From Acidobacteriota bacterium (GTDB lineage: Bacteria; Acidobacteriota; Terriglobia; Terriglobales; Acidobacteriaceae): a stretch of 64,000 nucleotides of DNA. Positions within the stretch are counted from its first letter, which is position 1; each line of letters starts with the position of its first letter. The stretch spans positions 2,362 to 66,361 of the forward strand of contig JAGWSG010000187.1 of NCBI GenBank assembly GCA_028876335.1. Direction: 5' to 3'. A program made the position numbers and the translations under genes. This document shows, piece after piece, positions 19,035 to 28,809 of the stretch. The notes beneath the pieces were generated by a model. That model did not search any database, had not been told where the DNA came from, and saw only the letters and a program-made list of their open reading frames with translations.

Positions 19035-20039
19035 CTATTCGCCAGGTTCCGTTAGGATTTGCGCCAGCATCTCCGGCGCCACATTACCGCCGCTGATCAC
19101 CGCAACAGCCTTGCGGTATGCCGGCAACTTGTCGCCGTGGAAAAGCAGTGCGGCCGTCGCAACAGCCCCGCTCGGCTCCGGAACAAGCCGCGTGGCCGCG
19201 ACAATCGCGCGCATTGCCGTGCGGATCTCGGCTTCCGTCACGGTGACAATGTTTTCGACGAATGCGCGAATATGCGCAAAGTTAAGCCTGCCCACACTCT
19301 GCGTACGCAATCCATCGGCAATCGTCCGGCCGGTCTGCTCCGCGGGCCACTCCACAATCTTTCCCGAGGCAAAGCTCTCTGCCGCATCGCCCGCAAGCTC
19401 GGGCTCCACTCCAATCACATGGGCGTTGGGCAGCAACTGCTTCACGCCCGCAGCGACACCGCTCAGCAGGCCGCCGCCGGAAACCGGTGCGAGAACTAAA
19501 TCCACATCCGGAATTTCTTCGGCGATCTCCAACCCGCACGTGGCCTGGCCCGCAATGATGTGCTCGTCATCATAAGGTGGAATCACCACGTAGCCGTGCT
19601 TGGCCACCAACTCCTGCGCCACTCGCAGCCGCTCCGTGGAAGCGTTGCCTACATCCACAACTTCCGCGCCAAGCGCGATGGTTGACGCGCGTTTGATGGC
19701 CGGCGCATTCTGCGGCATCACGATGACGGCCTTTGCCCCCACGGCACGCGCAGCGTAGGCCACGCCCTGCGCATGGTTGCCGCTTGAATAGGTGATGACC
19801 CCGCGCTTCAACTCTTCCGGAGTAAGCTGCAAAACCTTGTTGGTCGCGCCACGAATCTTGAAAGCGCCAATCGGCTGCAGACTTTCCGCCTTGAGCCAGA
19901 TACGGCGGTCTGTGCCGTAACCGCTCAGTCCAGGGAAGGCCGCTTCCACCAGCGGCGTGTGGACGGTAATACCCTGGATGCGCGCCGAAGCATCACGAAT
20001 GGTGGCGAGAGAAACGAGTTGTTCTGAATCAGTGCTCAT
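19035..20039 (-). CDS. PLP-dependent threonine/serine dehydratase family enzyme
   Basis: LKAESLQPIGAFKIRGA, SSGNHAQG, PVSGGGLLSG, EPSGAV, ISGGN. Confidence 0.92.
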   Translation of the reverse strand: MSTDSEQLVSLATIRDASARIQGITVHTPLVEAAFPGLSGYGTDRRIWLKAESLQPIGAFKIRGATNKVLQLTPEELKRGVITYSSGNHAQGVAYAARAVGAKAVIVMPQNAPAIKRASTIALGAEVVDVGNASTERLRVAQELVAKHGYVVIPPYDDEHIIAGQATCGLEIAEEIPDVDLVLAPVSGGGLLSGVAAGVKQLLPNAHVIGVEPELAGDAAESFASGKIVEWPAEQTGRTIADGLRTQSVGRLNFAHIRAFVENIVTVTEAEIRTAMRAIVAATRLVPEPSGAVATAALLFHGDKLPAYRKAVAVISGGNVAPEMLAQILTEPGE

Positions 20040-20084
20040 GGCAAACACGAGGCCGAAGTGGCAATGCAGGCAGTGTAGCGCGCC

Positions 20085-21740
20085 TTAGACTTCCATAATC
20101 ACCGGCATGATCATCGGCCGTTTGCCGCTCGACTTCTGAATGAGCTTCTTCAGGTCGGCACGAATCTTGTCCTTGACCATACCGTAATCCGACTTTTGTT
20201 CGCTGTTGAGCGAGTCCAGTGTCTTCAGCACTGCTTCGCGCGCCTGCTCGGTGAAGTCCGCACCGCCAAAGCCCCGCATAACAACTTCAGGTGCAAGCTC
20301 AAGTGCGCCCGTACGCTGGTTGATGGCCAGAATCACTACCACGAATCCGTCTTCGCTCAGGATACGGCGGTCGCGGAGGACCAGATCCTCAACAACCTCG
20401 ATGGACGAGCCTGAGTCGATAAGCACGCGGCCGGCCTGTACCTTGTCGAGCCTGCGCGCATTGTCTTTGTCGATCTCGAGCACATCGCCGTCTTCGATTA
20501 CGATGGCATGCTCCACCGCGCCCGTTTGCAGGGCAACTTCCGCATGGCGGCGCAGATGACGGTAATCTCCATGGACAGGGATGAAGTACTTGGGCCGCAC
20601 AAGATTGATAAGCAGCCGCGTCTCTTCCTGGCTCCCGTGGCCACTCACGTGGATTAATCCATGAGAGCCGTCGTCATAGATGACATTGGCATCACGACGA
20701 TACAGGTGATCGATGACGCGATAGATGCTTTTCTCATTTCCAGGAATGATGCGTGAGCTGAGCAGGACCGTATCGCCGGCTTCAATGCGCGCGTGCTTGT
20801 GGTTGTCCACCGCCGCACGGCTTAGCGCGCTCATCGGCTCGCCCTGTGTGCCGCTAATGAGCACCATCAGCTGATCGGGCGTATAGTCGCGCATCTGGCC
20901 CGGGTTGATCATCAGGCCCGGTGGAATATCGATGTAGCCCAGATCCTGCGCAATTTCCGTGCTCTCCAGCATCGACCGCCCTACAACCGCAACTTTGCGG
21001 CCATGCTGCCGAGCCAGTTCAAGCGCAATCTTGATGCGGTAAATGGATGACGAGAAGCAACTGAAGTAGAGCTTCCTCTTGGTTCTTGAAAAAATCTCAT
21101 CAAGCCGTGGGCGAACCGATGCTTCGGAAGGTGTATAGCCGGTGCGATCGATATTCGTTGAATCCTGCAGCAGCGCCAGCACGCCACGTTTGCCGTACTC
21201 GGCAAAGGTGTGAAGGTCAAACGGCTTGTCATCCAGTGGCGAGAGGTCGATCTTGAAGTCGCCCGTATGAATCACAACGCCGGCCGGAGTATCAATCGCC
21301 AGCGCCACGCAATCCACCAGCGAATGCGTCACGCGAATTGGCTCAATGGTGAACGGCCCAATAGAAAACTTTTCTTTCGGCGCAATCTCGATCAGTTCCG
21401 TCTCATCGAGCATCTGGTTCTCTTCCAGATTGCCTTCCACATAGGCGAGAGTGAACTCGGTGGCGTACACAGGAACCTTGAGTTCGCTCAAAAGCCATGA
21501 CAGGCCGCCAATATGATCCTGGTGGCCATGCGTGAGTATGATTCCCCGCACGAGCGCCTTGTTTTCAACAAGGTAGGTGATGTCGGGAACCACGATATCA
21601 ACGCCAAGCAGCTCTGACTCGGGGAACATAAGTCCCGCGTCAATAACGATGATGTCGTCGCCCCAGCGCAGGGCTAGGCAGTTCATGCCGAATTCGCCAA
21701 GGCCGCCAAGAGGGATGATGTGTAGTTTATTGGTGGGCAT
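20085..21740 (-). CDS. rnj: Ribonuclease J
   Basis: LGGLGEFGMN, THGHQDHIG, HTGDFK, GTQGEP, HVSGH, PVHGD. Confidence 0.96.
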   Translation of the reverse strand: MPTNKLHIIPLGGLGEFGMNCLALRWGDDIIVIDAGLMFPESELLGVDIVVPDITYLVENKALVRGIILTHGHQDHIGGLSWLLSELKVPVYATEFTLAYVEGNLEENQMLDETELIEIAPKEKFSIGPFTIEPIRVTHSLVDCVALAIDTPAGVVIHTGDFKIDLSPLDDKPFDLHTFAEYGKRGVLALLQDSTNIDRTGYTPSEASVRPRLDEIFSRTKRKLYFSCFSSSIYRIKIALELARQHGRKVAVVGRSMLESTEIAQDLGYIDIPPGLMINPGQMRDYTPDQLMVLISGTQGEPMSALSRAAVDNHKHARIEAGDTVLLSSRIIPGNEKSIYRVIDHLYRRDANVIYDDGSHGLIHVSGHGSQEETRLLINLVRPKYFIPVHGDYRHLRRHAEVALQTGAVEHAIVIEDGDVLEIDKDNARRLDKVQAGRVLIDSGSSIEVVEDLVLRDRRILSEDGFVVVILAINQRTGALELAPEVVMRGFGGADFTEQAREAVLKTLDSLNSEQKSDYGMVKDKIRADLKKLIQKSSGKRPMIMPVIMEV

Positions 21741-21816
21741 TCGTCAAGTTTGATGCTATCACCGGGGCCGATGGAACTGTGGTCCCGCGATCTCCAAAAA
21801 ATATCAATCTACCGTC

Positions 21817-21879
21817 CAATCCAAAACCGGAACTGATTCGTTCCTCCTGTGTTAGCGAGTTCTCTCGCAACACAGGAGG
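21817..21879 (+). promoter_or_regulatory. Candidate ECF promoter plus anti-Shine-Dalgarno hairpin
   Basis: CAATCC-N15-TCGTT at 21817-21842. Hairpin CCTCCTGTGTT(a)GCGAG-ttct-CTCGCAACACAGGAGG at 21843-21879 contains the SD for GTG 21886. Confidence 0.55.
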
Positions 21880-21885
21880 CGAATT

Positions 21886-22785
21886 GTGGAAAGAATCCAG
21901 GCACTGGATCGTACCTGCGTGTCACGGCGCAGGTTCCTCGGTGGAATGGCCGCCGGAGCAGGAACGGCCGCAGTGGCCACTTTGGCTGCGGGATGCGGTT
22001 CATCGAGCATGTCCATGTCTACCCCACCTGCGCAGACGCAGATTACCGATGCGGATGTGCTCAACTTCGCTCTAAACCTTGAGTATCTGGAGGCGGAATA
22101 CTATTTGCGCGCTGCAACAGGCACCGGGCTCTCCGATGCCGATGCCGGCACCGGAGCTGGCATGGTAACTGGCGGCGGGCAGGTGGTATTCGCAACTCCC
22201 GCCATTCAGCAATACGCGCTAGAGATTGCCAATGACGAACTGGCCCATGTGCGATTCTTGCGTAAAGCTCTTGGATCTGCTGCGGTCAGCCGGCCAGCAA
22301 TTGACTTTACCAACAGCTTCAACGCCGCCGCAATGGCAGCAGGAATTGGCAGCTCTTTCAATCCTTTTGCAGACGAGAACAGCTTTCTGGTGGGAGCATT
22401 CACGTTTGAAGACGTAGGCGTGACCGCGTATCACGGGGCCGCTGGACTGCTGCAAAGCAAAGCATACCTCAGCGCCGCCGCGGGCATCATGGCCACTGAG
22501 GCTTACCACGCTGCGGAAATTCGCACCCTCATTGCAGAACTTGGTGGCGCCTACCTCGATGCAGCCAACAAGATTTCAGCTTTGCGAGCGGCTGCTGGCG
22601 GCGGGGCGGAGGTATCGGTCTCAGGCAGCACCATCGTTGCGGCGGATTCAGATTCGATCGCTTTCGACCGGGACACAGATGAAGTACTCCACATTGTCTA
22701 TCTGAATGCGACCACTGGCGCAGTGGCGTCTGGCGGCTTTTATCCCAATGGAATGAACGGCGCAATCAAAGCCTCAACCAAATAA
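21886..22785 (+). CDS. Ferritin-like domain protein, predicted Tat lipoprotein
   Basis: SRRRFL Tat motif, LAAG-C lipobox. Di-metal ligands LEYLE, ELAH, FED, EAYH. Confidence 0.85.
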   Translation: MERIQALDRTCVSRRRFLGGMAAGAGTAAVATLAAGCGSSSMSMSTPPAQTQITDADVLNFALNLEYLEAEYYLRAATGTGLSDADAGTGAGMVTGGGQVVFATPAIQQYALEIANDELAHVRFLRKALGSAAVSRPAIDFTNSFNAAAMAAGIGSSFNPFADENSFLVGAFTFEDVGVTAYHGAAGLLQSKAYLSAAAGIMATEAYHAAEIRTLIAELGGAYLDAANKISALRAAAGGGAEVSVSGSTIVAADSDSIAFDRDTDEVLHIVYLNATTGAVASGGFYPNGMNGAIKASTK

Positions 22786-22797
22786 GGAGCGGCACAC

Positions 22798-23691
22798 ATG
22801 GAATCGACAGCAATTACAGGCAACAGGCCAGCTGAAGGTCTGCTGGGCCGCAGAGCAGCAATGGTACTGGGTGGGGCGGCCTTGGCTGGACTTGCATTTG
22901 GCAGCAGAGCCAATGCCCAATCCGCAACCGTAACCGATACAGACATCTTGAACTTCGCTCTGAATCTGGAATACCTCGAAGCGCAGTTCTATACCCTTGC
23001 AACAACCGGCATGACAATTGACCAGATTGGCATTGGCATCACCAGCGGTAGTGGCGCAGCCGGAGGCACCGTAACGGTCAAGTCCAACCCCCTTGTCCCG
23101 TTTACCACAACTCTGCTGCAGCAATTCGCGGCTGAGCAGGCGCTGGAAGAACAAAATCACGTCAAGTTCCTGCGCACTGCCCTCGGTTCAAACGCAGTCG
23201 CCATGCCGAATATCGACTTGATGAACAGCTTCAACGCACTTGCGCAGGCGGCCGGACTGGGCAGTTCGTTCGACCCGTTCGCCAGTGAAACGAATTTCCT
23301 GCTAGGCGCCTTCATTTTTGAAGACGTGGGAGTAACAGCATACAGCGGCGCGGCTGGTCTCATCAGCAGCAGTGCATATCTTGATAAGGCTGCAGGCATC
23401 CTCGCGGTGGAGGCCTATCATGCGGGCAGCATCCGGCTTCGCATCTTCCAGGCTGGACAGGCTGCAATGGACGCATCCGCCAAGATTGCGGCCGCGCGTG
23501 CATCGTTGGACGGCACTGGGAATGACGACATCGGCGTTGGATTAAGTGGTGGCGCGGCAACCATTGTTGATGCCGATGACAACGCCATTGCTTATAGCCG
23601 AACAACGTCGCAGGTTCTCAAGATCGTGTATGGAGGAGGAGCATCGGGCGGCGCGTTCTTCCCGAATGGTTTGAATGGAAATATCAAATAG
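22798..23691 (+). CDS. Ferritin-like domain protein, paralog 2
   Basis: RRAAM...ANA signal; LNFALNLEYLEAQFY, EQNH, FEDVGVTAY, EAYH. AAGGAG SD. Confidence 0.85.
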   Translation: MESTAITGNRPAEGLLGRRAAMVLGGAALAGLAFGSRANAQSATVTDTDILNFALNLEYLEAQFYTLATTGMTIDQIGIGITSGSGAAGGTVTVKSNPLVPFTTTLLQQFAAEQALEEQNHVKFLRTALGSNAVAMPNIDLMNSFNALAQAAGLGSSFDPFASETNFLLGAFIFEDVGVTAYSGAAGLISSSAYLDKAAGILAVEAYHAGSIRLRIFQAGQAAMDASAKIAAARASLDGTGNDDIGVGLSGGAATIVDADDNAIAYSRTTSQVLKIVYGGGASGGAFFPNGLNGNIK

Positions 23692-23715
23692 TTTGTTGTC
23701 CTACCCCCTGCCCAC

Positions 23716-23754
23716 GCAGCAGTCCGGGCCCCCGCCCGGCTGCTGCTCTTTTTT
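23716..23754 (+). terminator. Intrinsic terminator after the ferritin-like pair
   Basis: GCAGCAG-t-CCGGGC...GCCCGG-CTGCTGC stem followed by TCTTTTTT. Confidence 0.8.
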
Positions 23755-23838
23755 GTTGACGGCAGCGGAACATACGCCGAAGTTACATTGCATTCGCCAG
23801 GAACGGCCCATAGAATACGCTTGATTCAACGCCGCCGC

Positions 23839-24447
23839 ATGTTTGCAAAATTGCTCAATCCGATTCTCAAGCTGCTTCGTTCCGAAAGTGGCGGAACAAC
23901 TCCATCAACAGGGACCATTGCTGACGCTAGCGATGTGGCTCTGCTGGAGAGTGTGGCCGCGGGGCAGCAGCAGGCAATGGCGACGCTTTTTGATCGTTAC
24001 GGGGGAATGGTCTATTCGGTTGCGCTGCGTGTTTTGAATGACACGGGACGCGCTGAAGACCTGATGCAGGAAGTGTTCCTGCAACTCTGGCGGGAGCCGG
24101 GTAAATTTTCTTCAGGCAAGGGATCATTGGGAGCATGGCTTGCCGTAGTGGCAAGAAACCGTGCTGTGGACGTGCTGCGCGGGCGCAAGCCGAGTGACCC
24201 AGTGGATGAAGTGATATTGACGTCAAAGATGGACCTGTCGGTAGAAATCGAACGCGGTCTGTTGATGGAGAAAGTTCGCGCGGTGATGAAAGAGCTACCT
24301 GCCGAACAGCAGCGCTCCCTTGAACTGGCGTTCTTTGAAGGTTTGACTCACGCGGAAATCGCCCAGCAAACGGGCGACCCGCTTGGAACGGTGAAGACGC
24401 GCATTCGGTCAGCGTTGGGAAGTTTGAGAAAGGCAGTCGAGGCATGA
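23839..24447 (+). CDS. ECF sigma factor (SigK-like)
   Basis: AEDLMQEVFLQLW, WLAVVARNRAVD, FFEGLTHAEIA...LGTVKTRIRSAL. Confidence 0.92.
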   Translation: MFAKLLNPILKLLRSESGGTTPSTGTIADASDVALLESVAAGQQQAMATLFDRYGGMVYSVALRVLNDTGRAEDLMQEVFLQLWREPGKFSSGKGSLGAWLAVVARNRAVDVLRGRKPSDPVDEVILTSKMDLSVEIERGLLMEKVRAVMKELPAEQQRSLELAFFEGLTHAEIAQQTGDPLGTVKTRIRSALGSLRKAVEA

Positions 24448-25238
24448 CGGAACAACAGCACACCGCACAGGAAGAGTTGGCTCTCTTCGCCTTGCAGGCA
24501 TTGCCTAAGGCGGAGCAGGATGCCGTGCGCGCGCATGTGGCTGAGTGTTCGGTATGCCGTGAGGAACTCGCTCGTCTGCAGGGTGACGTGGCATTACTTG
24601 CGCTCTCCGTGGAGCAGCATCCACTGCCGGCTGGCGCTCGTGAGCGTCTGCTCGAGCGCATAGCAAATCAGCCGCAGAGCGCCAGCAATGTGGTCCACAT
24701 TGAATCAGGCAAGACGGCGAAGAAAATCTACTCTTCTGTCTCCTGGTCGCTGGCGGCCGCACTGCTCATCTTCTCGGTTGGCTCACTGCTCAAGGTCGGC
24801 CAACTCAACATGAAGATTCAGCAGCAGGCCGAGCAACTCAAGCAGCAGGAACAGGACACCGCACAGGCCACGCGCGCGCTGGACGTTCTGACCGCGAAGA
24901 ATGCACAGCACATCACGCTCACTTCGGCTCAGGCGCATCCCGAACCGGAAGGCCGCGCCGTCTATCTTGCTTCAACCGGTGGCCTCATCTTTCAGGCCTC
25001 GCATCTTGATCCCTTGCCTGCGGACAAGACCTATGAGCTTTGGGTGATCCCCGCGGACGGCAAAGCACCTATTCCTGCCGGTCTCTTCAAGCCCGATGCA
25101 ACCGGAAGTGCAAGCGTAGTTTTGCCACAAATTCCAGTTGGCGTGCGCGCAAAGGCCTTCGGAGTCACGATGGAAGCGGCCCAGGGCTCAAAGACACCGA
25201 CGCTGCCAATTCTTCTGGCCGGAGCAGCGGGCGAGTAA
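24444..25238 (+). CDS. Anti-sigma factor (RskA-like)
   Basis: N-terminal H...C..C zinc-finger remnant, one TM, RskA C-terminus (YELWVIP, AFGVTMEAAQGSKTPT). ATGA overlap with the sigma gene. Confidence 0.88.
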   Translation: MTEQQHTAQEELALFALQALPKAEQDAVRAHVAECSVCREELARLQGDVALLALSVEQHPLPAGARERLLERIANQPQSASNVVHIESGKTAKKIYSSVSWSLAAALLIFSVGSLLKVGQLNMKIQQQAEQLKQQEQDTAQATRALDVLTAKNAQHITLTSAQAHPEPEGRAVYLASTGGLIFQASHLDPLPADKTYELWVIPADGKAPIPAGLFKPDATGSASVVLPQIPVGVRAKAFGVTMEAAQGSKTPTLPILLAGAAGE

Positions 25239-25245
25239 TCCGCGC

Positions 25246-25716
25246 TCAGGACTTCGCCGCAGCTTCAAGAGCTGCAATATCCAGCTTCACCATGTTCATC
25301 ATCGCCTGCATGGCCTTCGGATGCTTGATCAGGTTAAAGATATTCGCAGGGATAATCTGCCAGTGCATGCCGAATTTGTCTTTCAGCCACCCACACTGTA
25401 TCTCCGTGCCGCCGGCGGAGAGTTCTTTCCAATAGTGATCGATTTCGGTTTGGTCCGCGCAATGTACCACCAGCGAAATTGCCTGAGTAAAAGGAAATCC
25501 CGGACCACCGTTAAACGCTGTATAACCGGCGCCACCCATCTCAAATCCGATTGTGACAACTTTGCCTTCTGGCCATGGCCCCGCCCCGGAACTGCGCATC
25601 GCATCCAGCTTGCGCGAACCTGGAAATATGCCTGTGTAAAAATCGACGGCTTCTTCCGCCTTATCTTCAAACCAGAGAAACGGAGTAATCTGCGCCGTGC
25701 GCGTAATGGTGGCCAT
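25246..25716 (-). CDS. VOC/PhnB-like protein (3-demethylubiquinone-9 3-MT family)
   Basis: QITPFLWF, AEEAVDFY, FNGGP.F.FTQAIS, QCGWLKDKFGMHWQI. GGAGA SD. Confidence 0.9.
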   Translation of the reverse strand: MATITRTAQITPFLWFEDKAEEAVDFYTGIFPGSRKLDAMRSSGAGPWPEGKVVTIGFEMGGAGYTAFNGGPGFPFTQAISLVVHCADQTEIDHYWKELSAGGTEIQCGWLKDKFGMHWQIIPANIFNLIKHPKAMQAMMNMVKLDIAALEAAAKS

Positions 25717-25795
25717 GGTCTTTCTCCTAACGTTGGGGAAGTCAATGCAAGACTGCGTCACAGTTTGCGTAGCGCAGGCAACATCCCAACATAAA

Positions 25796-25814
25796 TTACT
25801 TGCTATTTGCAAGC
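25796..25814. promoter_or_regulatory. Candidate HxlR operator (TTACTTGC-N5-GCAAGC)
   Basis: Pseudo-palindrome in the divergent gap between the VOC and HxlR genes. A second copy lies at 60382-60400. Confidence 0.65.
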
Positions 25815-25834
25815 GAGATTTATAATCAGCGGAG

Positions 25835-26296
25835 GTGGCAAAAAAGGCCATTCCGAAGAAACGCTCAGGATGCCCGGTCAGCATTGCGCTCGACCTGTTC
25901 GGCGACCGCTGGTCCCTCTTGATTGTGCGAGACATGATGGTGCGCGGTTATCGAACCTTTCGCGAATTCCAGAATTCAGGCGAGGGAATTGCGACCAATA
26001 TTCTCTCCGCGCGTTTGCGTCGCCTTAAAGCAGCTGGCATTCTCACCACCGAGCCCTTGAAGGACGACAAGCGCAGTCTGGCCTATCGGCTCACAGAGAA
26101 GGGAATAGCCCTCGCACCGGTGCTGCTGGAGCTTCTTATCTGGTCCGGAACGCACGAGGAAACGGCCGCCTCCAGGGAAATCATCCGACAAATGGAAACA
26201 AATCGGCAGTCCATCCTCGATGAAACTGTTCGCCGCTGGCGCGAGCATGATCACACACCGCTCATTCCACCCTTTGGCAAGCCAACCCAGGGTTAG
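25835..26296 (+). CDS. HxlR/DUF24-family winged-helix regulator
   Basis: RSGCPVSIALDLFGDRWSLLIVRD, GIATNILSARL, YRLTEKG. GGAGG SD with GTG start. Confidence 0.92.
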   Translation: MAKKAIPKKRSGCPVSIALDLFGDRWSLLIVRDMMVRGYRTFREFQNSGEGIATNILSARLRRLKAAGILTTEPLKDDKRSLAYRLTEKGIALAPVLLELLIWSGTHEETAASREIIRQMETNRQSILDETVRRWREHDHTPLIPPFGKPTQG

Positions 26297-26312
26297 AAAG
26301 GCAACTGCATTG

Positions 26313-26735
26313 ATGAGGACAAACACCTATCTCAACTTTGGCGGCAACTGCGCAGAGGCCTTTCAGTTCTATGCAGATCATCTCGGTGCAAAGGTTGAAG
26401 GCATGATGAAACACAGCCAGATACCCGGCGTGCGGGTTCCTCCTGAGCGTGCAAACGATGTTCTGCATGCGCGTATTACGATTGGCGACGCCGTCATCAT
26501 GGCCAGCTATGTGCCGCCTGAGCGATTCCAACCTATCCGCAGCGTTTACCTATAGCTTCGCGTGGATACCGACGCGGAAGCTGATCGCCTCTTTGAGATC
26601 CTCGGTCAAGGCGGAGAAGTCTACATGCCCATGCAGGAGACCTTCTTCGCATCACGTTATGTGCAATTCCGCGATAGGTTCGGCGTTTCGTGGATGATTA
26701 TCCATCAGAAGGCTATGGGTCCGCCGCCTGCTTAG
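26313..26735 (+). pseudogene. VOC/PhnB-like gene interrupted by one in-frame TAG
   Basis: TYLNFGGNCAEAFQFY...HARITIG...RSVYL*LRVDTDAEADRLFEILGQGGEVYMPMQETFFA...DRFGVSWMI. TAG at 26553-26555; the frame continues to TAG 26733-26735. Confidence 0.85.
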
Positions 26736-26757
26736 CGCGTCGCAAAGAGCAAGGGAT

Positions 26758-27747
26758 TTATTCACCGGGGAAGCGCACGCCGAGTGCAGCGCGTGCGCAC
26801 TCCAGCAGTTCGGCCATTCCAATGGAAAGCGCGTGGCTGATTTCCGTGCTTTCTAATTTGCCCTGGCAGATTAGATCGCAGAAATGCTCCGTCTCATAAT
26901 TGAAGCCGCCGTGCTCATACGGCACTTCCAACTCAACTTTTCGGCCCGATCCATATACAACCGTCGCGTGCACCGGATTCCACCAGTTCTCGTGAATCGT
27001 CACGTAGCCTGTGGTTCCGCAAATCAACGCGTCGCCGCGGCTTAGCAGGTCCAGACCCGTGTGCAATTGCGCCATGCCGTTCCGGTGCTCTGTCTGAAAG
27101 AGCGCGAAAGTATCCACGCCCGCAGCAGAGACGCGGCCCATTGTCTGCACATGGATTAGGGGTCCAAGCCAGTCCAGCGCAAGAAAGGCTTCATACGGGC
27201 CGATTCCCATAATGCCGCCGCCGCCAAGCTCGGTAAAGTGCAGGGGATAATCCGGCGCGCGACTGGAATCACAATGCCCCGCGCGCACATAGCCGACTGG
27301 CCCAATTGGATCGGCCGCAAGATGCGCGCGCAGTCGCTGGTAGAGGGGAAAAAAGGGGGGCTTCATCGCTTCCATGAAGAGCCGCCCGTGCTCCGTCGCC
27401 GTCTCCACAATGCGCCGTACCTGTGCTCCATTCAGCGCCGCAGGCTTCTCGCACAGCACATGCTTTCCGGCTTTCAATGCAGCGCAGGCCAACTCTGCAT
27501 GTGAGTCAGGATGCGTGGCGACATAGACAGCATCGATTGGCGATGCCAGCAGCTCTTCCAATGATTGAGCAACGAAAGGGACCGAAAACCGCTCCGCATA
27601 GCTCCGTGCGCGGTCACCATTACGAGACCATACCCCTGTCAGCGTTGCACCGGGTACTCCGCACAATCCTTCGGCAAAGCGAGCACCTGCGCGCCCCGGG
27701 CCAATGATGCCAAAACGAATTGTGGCGTCGCTTACGTTTGCCGTCAA
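26758..27747 (-). CDS. Gfo/Idh/MocA family oxidoreductase
   Basis: FGIIGPG, VYVATHPDSH, KHVLCEKP, GGG.MGIGPY. Confidence 0.92.
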   Translation of the reverse strand: MTANVSDATIRFGIIGPGRAGARFAEGLCGVPGATLTGVWSRNGDRARSYAERFSVPFVAQSLEELLASPIDAVYVATHPDSHAELACAALKAGKHVLCEKPAALNGAQVRRIVETATEHGRLFMEAMKPPFFPLYQRLRAHLAADPIGPVGYVRAGHCDSSRAPDYPLHFTELGGGGIMGIGPYEAFLALDWLGPLIHVQTMGRVSAAGVDTFALFQTEHRNGMAQLHTGLDLLSRGDALICGTTGYVTIHENWWNPVHATVVYGSGRKVELEVPYEHGGFNYETEHFCDLICQGKLESTEISHALSIGMAELLECARAALGVRFPGE

Positions 27748-27775
27748 AGAACTCTTTCAACGCTGCATACAAAAT

Positions 27776-28636
27776 CTAGCGCAGCAGGTCTTCCAGCGTT
27801 GTACTCAGGTCGGTCTTCTCGTCGCGGTACTTCACAATCACCGGCGCGTAGAGTGAGACACCCCATTCCGCCGCATTCGCGTGTGACTTCTTCTTGTTCA
27901 CTGCGCGCGAGCCCGGAACAACCACCGCGTTCGACGGAACGATCAATGGTCTTTCATTAGAGGCACGAATTACCTCGCCATTCACGAGGTCGAAGATTGG
28001 AGTGCCACGCGTGAGTATTGTTCCAGACGCCAGCACTGCACCCTTGCGCACAATGGTTCCCTCATAAACACCGCAGTTGCCGCCCACCAACACGTCATCT
28101 TCAACCACAACTGGATTCGCATTGACCGGTTCCAACACGCCGCCAATCTGCGCGGCCGCACTCAGGTGCACGCGCTTGCCAATCTGTGCACAACTGCCCA
28201 CCAGCGCATGCGAGTCCACCATCGTGCCTTCATCCACATACGCGCCCACATTCACATACATGGGCGGCATGCAGACCACGCTGCGCGCCAAAAATGCGCC
28301 CGACCGCACAGACGATCCGCCAGGCACCACGCGAATCCCTTCACCCGCCGTGAACTGACGCGCCGGATACGTATGTTTATCAACAAAAGAGAGCGCGCCT
28401 GAAGCCATCTCCTCAAGAGCACCGATTCTAAAGCCGAGAAGAATGCCGCGTTTCACCCAGGCATTCACGCGCCAGCCGTAAGAGTCCGCATCGCTCGGTT
28501 CAGCCGCTCGTATTTCTCCATTTTCGAGCGCGGTGCGCAATGCCAGAAATGCTTCCATCGTTTCGCCGTGCCCAACCGCAGCCGAGCCAGAGGCAAAATG
28601 CCGTTCAATTTCTTCCTGCAATTGTTGTGTGGTCAT
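27776..28636 (-). CDS. dapD: 2,3,4,5-tetrahydropyridine-2,6-dicarboxylate N-succinyltransferase
   Basis: [54 protein letters not shown]. Confidence 0.95.
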   Translation of the reverse strand: MTTQQLQEEIERHFASGSAAVGHGETMEAFLALRTALENGEIRAAEPSDADSYGWRVNAWVKRGILLGFRIGALEEMASGALSFVDKHTYPARQFTAGEGIRVVPGGSSVRSGAFLARSVVCMPPMYVNVGAYVDEGTMVDSHALVGSCAQIGKRVHLSAAAQIGGVLEPVNANPVVVEDDVLVGGNCGVYEGTIVRKGAVLASGTILTRGTPIFDLVNGEVIRASNERPLIVPSNAVVVPGSRAVNKKKSHANAAEWGVSLYAPVIVKYRDEKTDLSTTLEDLLR

Positions 28637-28809
28637 CGTGTTCGAGTTTATCAAGGAGCCAGAAAGTTCTCCGGCATGATCGTCCAAAAGAAACTTGCGC
28701 AACGTACATATTCGCTATAGGAGTATTGGGAGGCCCTATTCGATTCGAATAAAGCCTTGTGTGCACTCGAAGTATCAATTGCTCGAAGCAACCGTGAAGG
28801 AGTTTGGTC

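Noticed and set aside
26553-26555. Pyrrolysine or programmed read-through at the VOC amber codon
   Set aside because: No pyl genes or other amber-interrupted genes are in the window. A point mutation or sequencing error is simpler.
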